The notes under the pieces were generated by a model. That model did no database searches. It saw nothing but the letters and a program-made list of their open reading frames with translations, and was not told the origin of the DNA. A stretch of DNA of 64,000 bases from Callorhinchus milii (lineage: Eukaryota). The position numbers and the translations under genes were made by a program. The stretch covers positions 29,204,001 to 29,268,000 of the forward strand of contig NW_024704743.1 in the NCBI RefSeq assembly GCF_018977255.1, in the 5' to 3' direction. Shown one piece after another: positions 1-12,220 of this stretch; within the stretch, counting starts at the first letter, position 1; each line of letters starts with the position of its first letter.

Positions 1-201
1 GGCAGCCGCATTCAATACTTAAAGTCCGGGCCAACAATACTCCAAATAAAACTGGTTACTCAGTACCTGACTGTTTGTGGAGCATTGATGTGTGCAAATT
101 AGTTATCCCATTAGCCCACAAAATACAGTCACTGCACTTTACAGTATATCCTGTGAAGCTCCTTGAGATGTCCTAATGTGAAAGGAGCTATATTAAATTT
201 T

Positions 202-480
202 CTCTTTGACCGTGCCTTCAGCTCCCCTCTCGACTCTCTTCCCCCTCCTCGCTCCCTCCCTTCCTTCCCCTCACCCTGACCATTTCCCCGCTCCTCGCTC
301 CCTCCCTTCCCTCCCGTCACCCTGACCATTTCCCCCCTCCTCGCTCCCTCCCTTCCCTCCCCTCACCCTGACCATTTCCCCCCTGCTCGGGTCATGACCC
401 AACTGTGCAGCGCCTTGGGGCGTCCTCCTGACGTGAAAGGCGCTTTATAAATGGAATCTTGTTGTTGTTGTTGTTGTTGT
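202..480 (+). mobile_element. L2 LINE 3' end with a triplicated 46-bp 3'UTR unit, inserted into a SINE tail
   Basis: It matches the 3' end of the L2 at about 21360-21537 and ends in the gcgccttgggg..gacgtgaaaggcgc stem-loop plus (TTG)n. Confidence 0.85.
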
Positions 481-1106
481 AAAGGTAAGTGTTATTTTAT
501 TGATACTGCACTTTTGCATGTTGCACACATTTGACATTCATAGAGAAAATTCTGGACTCTGTTTTTTGATAGAAAATTCCATTGATATGATGACAAGATA
601 AATAATTTTTTTTAAAAGGTAAGCAGCTGAAATGAACAGTGGACCTCAAATCTTTCAAAACCAACAAAATATTACCTTTCTAGACATTCCATGTCTGGTG
701 GTCTCTTGGAAGAGGGCTATTAAATTACTGTCAGATTCAAATGCAATCATGCACTCTGGTCTCCTCCTTAATGGGACTACCTGAAATACCTCCAATGCGC
801 AACCACACATTGGAATACTGTGCAATTTTCTAAGACATTACTGAATGAAAATAAATAGATTTATGGGCTCTTCAGCAGGCCTAGTTAGAAAAGGGGTCTT
901 CTTTTGATATGTAAGTGTAACATGACAAAGCAATTAGAAAATTGTTTATTCTGTTCATCTGCAGCATCTAACTTTAAAAAAAAATTTTTTTTTGCTCACA
1001 TCAGCAAAGATGCTACTGGAACAAATGGCCAACATGCCATCCAGGGTCAGTGTTAGGCAGATCAGAGGCAGGAGTAATGGTTCCTTCATTCTCCCCAACT
1101 ATAGCC

Positions 1107-1141
1107 ATATATATATATATAGTATATATATAATATATATA
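1107..1141. repeat. (TA)n microsatellite, imperfect
   Basis: atatatatatatatagtatatatataatatatata. Confidence 0.8.
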
Positions 1142-1204
1142 GGCTCGAAATTCCACCTAGTGTTAGTCCATAAGACTATGCGGTCTTAAAATTTAAGATG
1201 ATGA

Positions 1205-1618
1205 TAACAATAACAATCGTCCTTGTATTTGATATAGTGCTTTATCACACCATTGATACATCTTAAACCGCTTCACAGGAATATACTGCAAAATGATTGA
1301 CTGTGTATTAGGTCGTTAAATGAGGCAGCCAGGTTGTGCACTGGGGTGTCCCATAAACAGCCAAGGAGTGAGTGACCAATTTTAATTGGGGGAATTGTTG
1401 GCCAGGATCCTGAGAAAAACTTCTGTGTCTTTAACGTCCACCTGAACAGGCAGTCGAGATCTCGGTTTAGCGTCTCATCTGAGGAACACCACCTCCGACA
1501 ACGCAGTACACTGCCATTGGAGTGTCAGCATAGACTGTATGGGTTCCAAGTCCTGACATGGGATTGAACTCACAACCTTTTGATTCAGACGTAAAGATGA
1601 TACCGTTTGAATCTACAG
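1205..1618 (-). mobile_element. DeuSINE-like SINE, near full length
   Basis: The reverse strand has a decayed tRNA-like head (B-box-like gagttcaatccc), a Deu-like domain (tgtcggaggtggtgttcctcagatgagacgctaaaccgag..ctgcctgttcaggtggacgttaaaga) and an L2-type tail. Confidence 0.75.
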
Positions 1619-4600
1619 TGCCTTTCAGTCCCACTGACAGCATTGTCTTCTGACACAGCCTCGCATTTATGCCACAGAGTCCTTAGCTGACTCTCTGTTA
1701 TATAGACTCTTGTTCAGCTAGCTTTGTGGTAATTGGGTAGCTCTTAAGCAGGATCTTAAGCAGCATTATTTATAAACCTTTCAGCAAGCTTCAATATATT
1801 TCTAATAAGCTTATAAAACCTATATAATGTAGCACTGCAGTTGTACAGTAAAGGTTTAAGTGAAAATCCACTCCATTATACTGCAATTACTATGTTTTAC
1901 CAGAGAGTGAAAATTAATCAATTACTTAATTAAAAGGCAATTATACTGTTCACATGTGTACTGAAGAATTATGGTAAGAGACACTCTCAATGAGATAAGG
2001 TCACTGGTTAAGATACATTTTCTTCCACAAATTCCTATTAGGCAGCCCCATACAACACTTAAATTGATAGACAGTTCACTAAGTAAATCATACAACAAAA
2101 ACTGACCAGATGCAGTCTCTGTCTATGGTAAGTGCTCTGCTAACTGTAGCTCAATGTTTCACAGTGAACATTGAGCTGAGGAAATATTTCCCCTCTAGTC
2201 ATTTACACAGATGTGATTCAAGATAGAAAAACAATTCATCTGTTTCAGTTTTCACAACTTTTACCTTTAGCTATGCATCTTAAAGATAATCTTTTTAGCT
2301 ATTGTCTTTGTATCCAATTACAAATCCAGCAAAAATACAAGAAACAAAACAATGTAGAAATGATTTGTGCAAGGATTCAAGCAGTTTTTTTTCATATACT
2401 GTATTAACTTCTGTTATCAATAACAGAAGTTAATATGTAAAAATACAAGATTTAAACTTCTGATATTGCACTTACCACATCATTGAAACATCTCAAAAAG
2501 TGCTTCACAAGATCTAGTATAAAGTGTAGCGACAGTATTTTTTTAGTAAGAGAATGTATGTATCTTAATGTAGACAGGAAGAAAGCTACGGATTTACTCT
2601 AAATAGAAAGTCAGATTGTCTTTTTCAAATGGACTGATCTGTTAAGTATAGAGTATCTTCTCATCAAGTAGTATTCTTAAAGAGCTAATGAAAAAGAAAA
2701 CGCTGGTTCTAGAAGCTATATTTTAACAACAGGTTCACAAATGGCCCTGACCAATCTCTGTATAGGAATCTGGTTGATTGAAAACAAGCTCGAGATTGGT
2801 AAAATAACAGCACATGAATACTTTAAACACTAAGTTCTCCTGCTTGTTGAGCATGTCACTGGAGCTGCCGTGACCCCAGATATACGAAGTTCAGGTTGTG
2901 CTCAACAACCACAGTATAAAGTGTAATATGTCTAATCTTGTCTCTCTGCTTGCCCTGGTCATGGTATTGCCCACACACAAAGCACTGGCTGACTGACTGC
3001 TGCTTAACACCCAGGAAGAGCTTCATGCATATAAGACCTCAGGCCAACACAGGAAACACTCTGTCAGGTCCTAAGGTACCTGCTACCCTATGGATGGCCT
3101 GGTAATCGGCCCACGATTGATCAAAGTCTGGCATTCCACCTTATCAGTACTCAATCATAATTCTGGAATGAAATTGCTTCAGATTGTTCCTCCCCACCAT
3201 TAACTCCTATTCAATCATAGCACAAAAAGTTAATATGCTCGCAGCCAGATGTTATCACTGTGGACTTTTTAAAGTTTTTTTCTCCCCTTTTTTCCTCTTT
3301 TATAAATTGTTGATGAACTGTGAGTTGCTAATGAGTTTAGCTAAGCAGTTTTACCTTTGACCTGATTACATTCAATTTTTCCTATTTGATCAATTTAAGA
3401 TCAGTAACAAGCGCCATTTCCCAGGCTTCCTCTCGGCTCGGGGTGTAAAGAAACAAACCAAAGCTGGACTTTAAAGCTTTCATCAGCAGGACTGTGATTC
3501 TGAAAATAAATTGAGGTATATTTACAAAAAGGATGGAAATCTGTTCAATATATACGATCAAAGAAGCAGGATGCAAAACGTATTGTGAACACGGTCAGTT
3601 GCATTTGTAAATAGTTGTTCTTTCAATGTTTGAGACTGCACAATTCTCAGACAATATTTCCTTGTGTAGATTGTATAATAAAATTCAAACGAAATTGATA
3701 TTCCAGTAGTCGATGCATAAAAAAAACCCAGTGGAAATGTGGACAATCCTTTTGATAGTCAGAGAAAATGTGGTAAAAGGTTCTTTCTCTTATTCCTTGG
3801 GAACGATTTGGGAAAACATACAGTGTGTGACCCCAAACTACAACCAGCTTCTGCAATTCATCTTTCCCAGTGTATATATACACTCGTGCAACGTTCTCCA
3901 AAGTATCCATTAGGGATCAATTCAGCTCTTTTTTTTGAACAAAAAGAGTTTTAATATGTTTCTGCAAATGAATTGAGTATAAATTCAAAACATATGGCAC
4001 CGTATTTATTATGCAGTTTAGCCTGTATTTGTAAATGGAACTTTATAGAATATACTGTATTTACAACACAATTAAAAGTGCACCAAGACGGCTAAAAATT
4101 ATGTGTTGAAGCTTCTGCAGTGCTATAGCCCTCACACGCCAGAGTTATTAAAGAAAGATACTGCATCTTTTATAGCACTTTAATTGTATAGAAACACCCC
4201 AAAACATTTATTAAATGCCCATACAGTCACTACAGTTCATAGTGAAATCTTGTGAAGCAAGTTGAAATGTCTCGATTATGTGATAAGGCACTAAATCAAA
4301 TGGAAGGATTTTTATATTATTATAATTGCAACTGTCAAGTGGAGTGACTGTTTTTGTATCACAGCAGAGGCAGAGAAAGTATTCATTTGTCCAAATTAAA
4401 CTGTGCAGAGTAAAGGCAGAATTTTTTAGTAATCCGTACTGGCAAGGAGGACAACAAAACTACTACAGTATTTGGCTTGTCTCAAACACACCAGGCAAAT
4501 TCTGTCTTTAAAAACGTTTCACATACAACATATGTGGATTATTATACTTTCAAATCAAATGGAACAATTTTTTTTAGTAGTTACTAGGAACAGTGCTGGT

Positions 4601-7453
4601 ATGCACAGTCGAGCAGACCAGCTTGGCAGCCGCCAAAGCATTTCATTACAAACCGCAGCTAAGGAGGCAGCTTCTCCAAAGGGCAGCACCAATGAATGCA
4701 CTCTTTGTACGTTGTATTAGTAAAAATATTCAGTATTACCAGGTATACTGTACCAACTCCCTCTACTGAAAATAAACTACACCGCCTCAAACCCTTCACT
4801 TTCAAAAGTGACTTTCAAAAAACACTTTCCGAAACAGGCACTTCAAGTTATTTCACAAAATAAATACACAAACAAAAAAAAACTGCAAAAAAAACTGTTT
4901 GATCAGAGAAGAAAAAGATATATATAAATGCTAGGCAAGTCAAAACACACAGATTCTTGGATTCTGGGAAACAATAAAGAGAAGTGTTTCACTTCATCAG
5001 CTACGAGCTATGTTTTATGCACCTTTGCTCATCTTGACAGAGGGTTTAGGAAAATATTAGTCAGGTCATTCACAGGTCTACGTATACCCTCCTACCTCCC
5101 GCCCTGTCCCCACTCTCACATGTTAAGCAAAAAAACATATTTCCCTCTGTTCTCTCTTTGCAAACTTTGTCTACTTGAAAAACGTCTTGCTGCGAGGTTA
5201 GGTTTCCACAAACTCCCAACAGCCTTTGGTGGGATGAGGGAGGGGGGTGGGGGAGAGAGTATGTGTTAAGGTTGACAGTCAGAGCACAGCTGCAGGGCTT
5301 ATGGAAATTCTACACTAGAAATGCTGTTTCCATGTAACTCTCCTCACAACAAACATTGTGGCTTTTAGCTTCTTCCATTCATTCCATCACTTTGCATATT
5401 GATGACACTTCCCTGTATTCACCAGCAAATAGCCAAGAGCAGAAAGTTCAGCAAAACGACTGTGGTGTCAATCATTACGCTGCTGAATGTGCCCGGAGCA
5501 AGAGGTGTTTGGTGAATATGTCAACCTTACTTAATTTAGTGATAGGTTCATTATATTGAAATAAAAAAAATGCTACATTTCATGCACAGAATGTTACAAA
5601 ACTGAAGATCAAGAGTTCAAACTAGTGACGGATTTCAAACCTGGCTCGATAAGGATCATGAATTCAACTTTCAGAGCCTGATTTGTTTAACTAAAGAAAG
5701 TGAAAAGTGAATTATTTTTGGCACACTTTCAGAGAGTCGATCTGGACACCAATTCTGATCAGTAAAGCCTATGAAAAGGAGGAACGGCCATCTATTGCAA
5801 GGCAAGAGTCTAAGAGATAGATTTGTGTCTTCTGAATCAGGTTGTCCGAGAAGACTGCTTTTAATTCGGTTTAGTTAACCTGTCAGCTGAACGATGGTGA
5901 CAAAGTCAGACTGTAAGACCAAACTAAAAATAAAATTCTTTGAATGACTTTTCATTTTTGACCCCTCAATCTCCTACAGACTGCCAGGTGGCTTTCCAAC
6001 CACGCCTGTCGAATATTAAACATAATATTAAATGACAACCCGCCATTTAACACTGAACGCTCCATAAGTGATCCTTTTTGTGATTTCCATGTGCTGCCAG
6101 ATGGGGTGATTTTATTAATCTAAAAAACGAAGTTCTAACGTTCAGCTGTCACTTGTAATTTTATTACCATTTTGCGTTCTTAAATCAACTTGCAACCCAT
6201 TCCCCATATTAGATTCACCCAGAGTGGTAATGTTGGATATCAGCCACTTAACAAAAGCGGCGCATGAATAAAAGTGCAGTGCAGACAAAATGAATGGCAT
6301 ATTTCTGTAAAACCTTCGGTTGAGAGAAAGTGAAAGCCGAGTGAAATGAGACCGTCTTCTCTTACACGCACAACGTTTTAAGGTTGTAAAACCTTGCATT
6401 GTTACTATGTTTCAGCAGTGCATAGCAGGAAAACCAAACATGTCAATCACAGTGCCTGAGATGGAGGAGCAGGTTAACTGTTGCTGTACATTTTGTACCA
6501 GTGATAAGCATAACTTAAGTGTTTCAGCATCACCGGCTATACTCTTCCACGTTATGCAGAGATATTTCAAAATACTGTATCGAAACTGAGGTACTATCCC
6601 ATCAGTGCAGCAGCTGCTCTGTAGATGGGATCTATCTTGCATCCAACTAGTTCAAACAAATGTCTGATGCAAACTTTGTGCAACACTGATTTAATCGACA
6701 GAGCACAAAAACTTTTACCTTCATTCGCAGTTAAGAACTTTTAAACTGCAAAAGTAAAGCTGGAACCCAAGATAGTCCAGTCTGTACATTTAGTAAGTGG
6801 GCGCTTTAACTTCCAACTAGAAGTTTAAGAGTTCAGGTTGTAGGACTGTCTGACACGCACACTCAATTACCTTCGTCAAGCAACTAATTTTTCAACAGGG
6901 CCAAGTTGAATTGTGATATTCCACCACCGGGCTAGGACGAAATTGGTATTACCTAATAGCCAACTTGTTCTCTTCAACCCCCACCCACAAAACGTCTTTT
7001 CTTGTCCCTTGCTTCCCCCCCACCTCTTAGTAGTTAATAATTCTCAATTGTAGTGCTCAAGGGACTTGTCAGCTGACTGCTGTTACTTTTCACTAACATG
7101 AGGTAGACTGAAAGGCTCTCCTTCACCAGACTCCAGCTGCTGGTCGACATTTAAAGTCTGTACTTGAGAAGAGTTTAGCATTTCTCAATTTCAATAAAAA
7201 CGTGCTTTTATAGTGTGTACTTTAAAAAAAAACGGTTTCTTAACCTTCCCTTTACCACTGTTTATTCTTCCACTATCAAAGGTTCATTTCTACACACATC
7301 CTTCCTTTGGCTGAAAAGACCGGCAAAAGAGTTGCTGACTCTTCCACAGCTTCCAAGATTACTCCTCGGCTCAGCTGACAGGAAGTGCACTTAATACTGG
7401 GGAAGAGTAGTGTAGTGTTAATACTGAGGGAAGAGTAATGTTGAGTATGCAAA

Positions 7454-7818
7454 GTCCCGTAGAGTAGTAGTTAGCGCATTCACCTCATAAGCAAGAGGAC
7501 CTGGTTTAGATTACTGGGGGGTCAAAACCTTAGGCACGTTACCCTACTCTACACCTCTGTGTACCCTGCAGTAAATAGGAACCCTGTTGCTAGTTCATTG
7601 GTGGATCGCATTCTGGTGGTAATAATCCCTCAAAAAGAAACTTGGTCACTCAATTCCCGACTATTTGTGGGACAGTGCTGTGCGTAATTGGCCACTGTGT
7701 TTCGCCCACAAAATACACAGTCAATTCACTTTATAATATATTCTGCGAAGCGCTTTGAGATGTCTCAACGACATGATAAGGCGCGATATCAAATGCAAGG
7801 ATGATTATTATTATTATT
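7454..7818 (+). mobile_element. tRNA-derived SINE, long variant, with (TTA)n tail
   Basis: It is homologous to the SINE at 48246-48567 but has an extra internal segment (about 7555-7620). It ends gcgcgatatcaaatgcaaggatgattattatt. Confidence 0.8.
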
Positions 7819-8215
7819 AAGAAGAGATTTGTAGTTGAGGGATGCTCATGAATAGTAGGGGATCATGGCTGCAATACGTTGCCCTGTGTGAGGAATGCTA
7901 AATAAATGCAGGTTGTTGTTGTTGACTTTGCTTTGGGGCTTTTTCCTAGTTTCACTGTAGTTCTTTTGATGGCGATGAGCAAGAAAATGAAATTCTCCAG
8001 TTTTAATCCCTGTGCGATGCATCTAGTGTCATTGTGGCACATGTATGATTACATCATAATTTTACATACATGCACCAATAGTATGTAAAATCTCATGCTC
8101 CAGCATTGTAACTTTTTCGTCTGGCGAATGAGGCAACTTTCCCCAGGGGACTGATCCACCACTGAGAAAGGTTCCGCTAAATACCTTTCATGGAGATTCA
8201 ACTGATCTTCAACTG

Positions 8216-8557
8216 TTCTTAGGTAGTCTAATAGAGGTGTTTATGATTATGAAAGGATTCAACGGTGAGTCCAAACTGAGGGCATAAACATAATATAACT
8301 GGTAGCAGATGTAATAAGGAATTAGGAGGAACTTCTTTACACAGAGGCTGGTGAGAATGTGGAACTCACTGCCAAAAGATGTGGTTGAAGTACAAAGCAT
8401 CAACATATTTTAGAGGAAACTTGATGCATACATGAGGGAAAAGCGAATAGAGGTAATTGAGAGAATATTAGAAGGGGTGGAAGCGCATATTGAGTATAAA
8501 CACCAGGACGGACTTGTTGGGCAGAATGTCCTATTTCCGTGCTGTAACAGTCTATGT
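8216..8557 (+). mobile_element. CR1 LINE 3' fragment
   Basis: aggaacttctttacacagaggctggtgagaatgtggaactcactgcca encodes RNFFTQRLVRMWNSLP, the CR1 ORF2 C-terminus. A CR1-type 3'UTR follows. Confidence 0.85.
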
Positions 8558-8760
8558 GCACTGAGTTTCTGATTTAGTGTTGTGTAATGATTCTTACAGG
8601 ATATTTCAACTCCACTGTTGGAAGTCCAGGCAGAAGCTAATCACAGGTCAAAGCAGTAATTCAACATTCCTGGAAGAATTTCCAACATGATGCTGAAAAA
8701 AGGAATAAAGTGGAACAATTCAGTCTGTGAATGTCTTAAAATAGAGGGAAGAAAGACTAT

Positions 8761-9300
8761 GAGGTTAAAAACTGCAGGATTCCTGAACTGTTCCTAAACG
8801 TTTTTTTAGAACACTTTTAGGGACACCAGTAGGTAAGTGCTCCACTAATGGTCTGAGGGTGGTCATTTGCTTTTTTTACCCAGAGGCAAACAATTCTGTT
8901 TTGTAAATTTTAGGTATTACATCAGGCTGTATGTTTCTGTTTGGTTAATATTAGTTTCCCATAGTTTATTTGCCCAAATTCCTGCTTTCCTAGGCCATAA
9001 AATGAACTTTTACCAATCAGTTGAGCGAGGTCCAAAGCCTCTGGGACATTCAGTAAGACTATATTTTGTGAGGTGGGAGAGGAGGAACTTTAGCAAATAC
9101 AACTGGGAAACTAATATTTAGCGAAAACAAACTCCCATTCTCATCCCAATGTAAGGTCTAATATTTATAAAATAGGATTTCTTGTTTCAGGGCGTAAGAA
9201 AGCAATGGCCCTCAGACCTTTAGTGGCGCAGAGTACTTACCTGCAGAGGTACCTAAAACAAGCTTAGAAACTGTTTAGGACTTCTGCAATTTTTGCCCCC
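8761..9300. mobile_element. Fold-back (whole-element palindromic) MITE-like element
   Basis: The left and right halves are diverged reverse complements along their whole length, for example taatattagtttccca / tgggaaactaatattta and ggtctgaggg / ccctcagacc. Confidence 0.75.
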
Positions 9301-9314
9301 AAATATTATAGATT

Positions 9315-9510
9315 AATAATCCTTACATTTGATATCATGCCTTATCAAGTCTTTGAGACGTCTAAGCTCTTCACAGGATATACTGTAAAGTGAATTGACT
9401 GTATATTTTGTGGGCGAAACACGGAAGCCAATTGTGCACAGCAGTGTCCTCCAAACTGTCGTAGACTGAGTGAATAAATTATTATTATTATTTTTTTGAA
9501 GGAATTATTA
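9315..9510 (-). mobile_element. SINE 3' fragment
   Basis: taataatccttacatttgatatcatgccttatca..tgtgggcgaaacacgg is the reverse complement of the SINE tail family. Confidence 0.75.
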
Positions 9511-9614
9511 AGGGATCAATAAATAAATACATAAATATGATTGCACATAGTCTATCAGGCACCAACACACAGAGATGGAGACCAGACCAAAGCTCAAGCA
9601 GTTTATCATCTTAA

Positions 9615-9725
9615 CCCCAGCTCTGCTGGAGGCTCCCACCCAAAACATTAACCTATCTTTCTTGTTCAGATGCTGATCAATCTGTTGTGTGTTTCCGGCA
9701 ACTATTTCCGATTTCCACTATTTAC
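9615..9725 (+). mobile_element. Decayed Penelope-like terminal fragment
   Basis: It aligns to 39307-39440 (ccccag.tctg...ccc.aaac.tt.ac...cagatgctg...gatttcca). Confidence 0.5.
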
Positions 9726-11399
9726 AAATCTTTCCTTTTCTCTTATCTCAGCCACCACCTTGGAAATCTCTGGGGTGGCACTAAACACCAATATTTGAAC
9801 AGTGGAGTGATATGTGATTTATTTTTAAATCTGTATATATAATACATTTACATCTGTATCTAGATAATAGATACCTATACATAGTGAACTTTTCTGGGGG
9901 GAATGAGGCAGCTCACTATACATAGTGAGCTGTCTCATAATAATAATCCTTGCATTTTTTGGGAGATTCATTGCATTGGATTTAATACTCTAAAAGAAAC
10001 AAAAATAAATGGCCATAAAACAGTTAAAGCATTAAGACATGAACAATTCTTTGGCTGCTAATCCTGTTCAGGACACATCAGATACTCACTGTACAGGATT
10101 TTCTTGCAAGTTGACTGTCTGACTGATCATCACCAATTTGTCAGCACTCTTCGTCAACAGAATGAAATGCTTACCTCGACCAAAACATTACTTCATGTCA
10201 AAGTTATCTCTCAGGAAATTTAACCCAGAGGAACAGAATGGCATTCATTCATGCATGTCAGATCTCCAGTTAGTCTCCTCAGAATAACTCAAAACACTAC
10301 ATGATGGAAATAGTTTCAGTCCATTACTGAGTAATCTTTCCTTGTTGTCAGGAAAACTTGTGCTGATAAATATAATTAGCCTCTTCACTAGCAGTGACTT
10401 GAATAGTGGAGTTCCAAGTTCATCAAACAATGCCTGTGCCTCACTTCCATAGTGTGGCATGAATTCTTCATCTCCATGGAATAGTTTAGTTAAAAAAGAA
10501 AGAGCCCTTCCACTCTGATAGACTGGTCATGATTCTGCTAAAACTAATGGGTCTTATTTGCAAGTTGGTTTAACAATGTGTAACCAGATATAAACTCACG
10601 TAAAAAAGGAAGTCATTAAGATCTACTACTACCTCTGGAATTTTGACACATGTTAATATTGACTCCAAGGCAAGAAAAAGAAATAATAAAGCCCTACTCA
10701 TAGATATCTTTTATCTTTGCTTTTTTCAACATGATATAGAAAGTGGATGTTTGACCCTCTATAAAATAGTCTGATTAAATAAATACATCACACTAGAAGT
10801 CCCTTTTGTTACCTAAAACAAAAAGTTTTAGAATTCAACATCAGCATAAGAATACCTGTTTGTATTATTGGCCGTCAAGCATTGGTCTTCAAGTTACGAG
10901 AGCAAAAGTGTTGGGTTATACAGGGCAACCCCCTGTATAGCATAATCGTTGGATCCATTTGCTCAACCCCTCCTGTGGTGATCTGAGTCCAAAAACTGAT
11001 CAAGTTCATTGTCATTAGGAGGGTACTACCATCACTTCCTGCATGTTATGTGCAGGCCAAAGAAGTACTGCTAACGCCATTTCCTGCTCATGGCAATGTC
11101 ACTTCCTGAGCAGCAACCTGACAGCACATAAGTCAGCCATATTTTTTGCATGGAAAGGTGACTGGTCCGTGCCAGAGGCAGTACCAACCTCTGAAAACAA
11201 TAGATCCACAGAACACCTGTGTGAAAAGTGAAACGATGCTTTAGCATTTAACAGGGTTGACCATAATATGTATCACTGCTACGTGTTCCTACATTGTTTC
11301 ACCACAGCAAACCTAAACCTAATGTTACTACAGCACCAATCCTGTGATTCAGTCTGGAATTTCAGGTCCATTGTTTCCATTCTTGAAGCACCGACTATA

Positions 11400-12220
11400 A
11401 TTTTGTGTATGGTGGAGATGGGAAGACCAGTGAAGAGGGAGTTAAAATAGTCCAGCCGGGACGTGACTAAAGTGTGGATAGGGTTTTGGCTGCTTTGGTT
11501 GTGAGTTACAGACGGAGGCGGGCAATGTGATGGAGGTGACAAAGAGCGGTCCTGGTCAGGGATCGGATGTGGGGTAGAAAGGAAAGCTGGGGAACGAACC
11601 TGACGCACAGGTTCAGTGAGTCTGAGGGAGAGCCCATGGAGGTTCAGGATTGAGACCCGCAGGAGCAAAGACGTTGACGGGAGCCAAAGAATGTGGCTTC
11701 TGTCTTGCCTCTATTCAACTGCAGGAAATTTGCGCTCATCTTTGATGTCCGTCAAACAAAGTGATAAGACATTAGCAGACTGGGAGTCATAGCTGGAGGA
11801 GAAGTAGATTTGGGTGTCATTCGCATACATGTGAAAGTTGACCCCATGTCTGCGGATGACATTGCCAAGAGAGAGCATGTAGCTGAGGAAAAGAATGGGG
11901 CTAAGGATGGAGCCTTGGGTACCCCGCAGGCAACTGGGCAGGGAGGAAAAAAATTTGTTGAGATGTATTGTTGGCGGTTTGTTAAGTAGGACTCAAACCG
12001 TGTGAATGCGGTTCCACTAAGGTGGAGAATGACGTGATTGACCGTGTCGAACACGGCAGAAACGTCCAGGAGAATGAGAAGGCAACGGGAACCCTGGTCA
12101 TAGAGGGAGAGAGGACGTCACTTGTTACTTTGACAAGCGCTGTCTCTGTATTGTGGGCTGGGCGAAAACCAGACTGGAGGGGTTCGATTAGGGAGTGGAG
12201 GGAGAGGTGTGACCGAAGTT
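11400..12220 (-). mobile_element. L2 LINE internal reverse transcriptase fragment, decayed
   Basis: The reverse strand encodes FDTVNH, a CGVP-like segment, HMYANDTQIY and SRLDYFNSLFTGLP with frameshifts. Confidence 0.9.

Noticed and set aside
245..382. CRISPR-like array
   Set aside because: The units are contiguous with no spacers, and the context is a eukaryotic L2 3'UTR.
10245..10535. Minus-strand peptide GDEEFMPHYGSEAQALFDELG resembles an SF3 viral helicase Walker B region (possible endogenous viral element)
   Set aside because: There is no Walker A motif upstream, an in-frame stop lies a short distance upstream, and motif C is not evident. It is probably chance; a tBLASTn or HMMER search would settle it.
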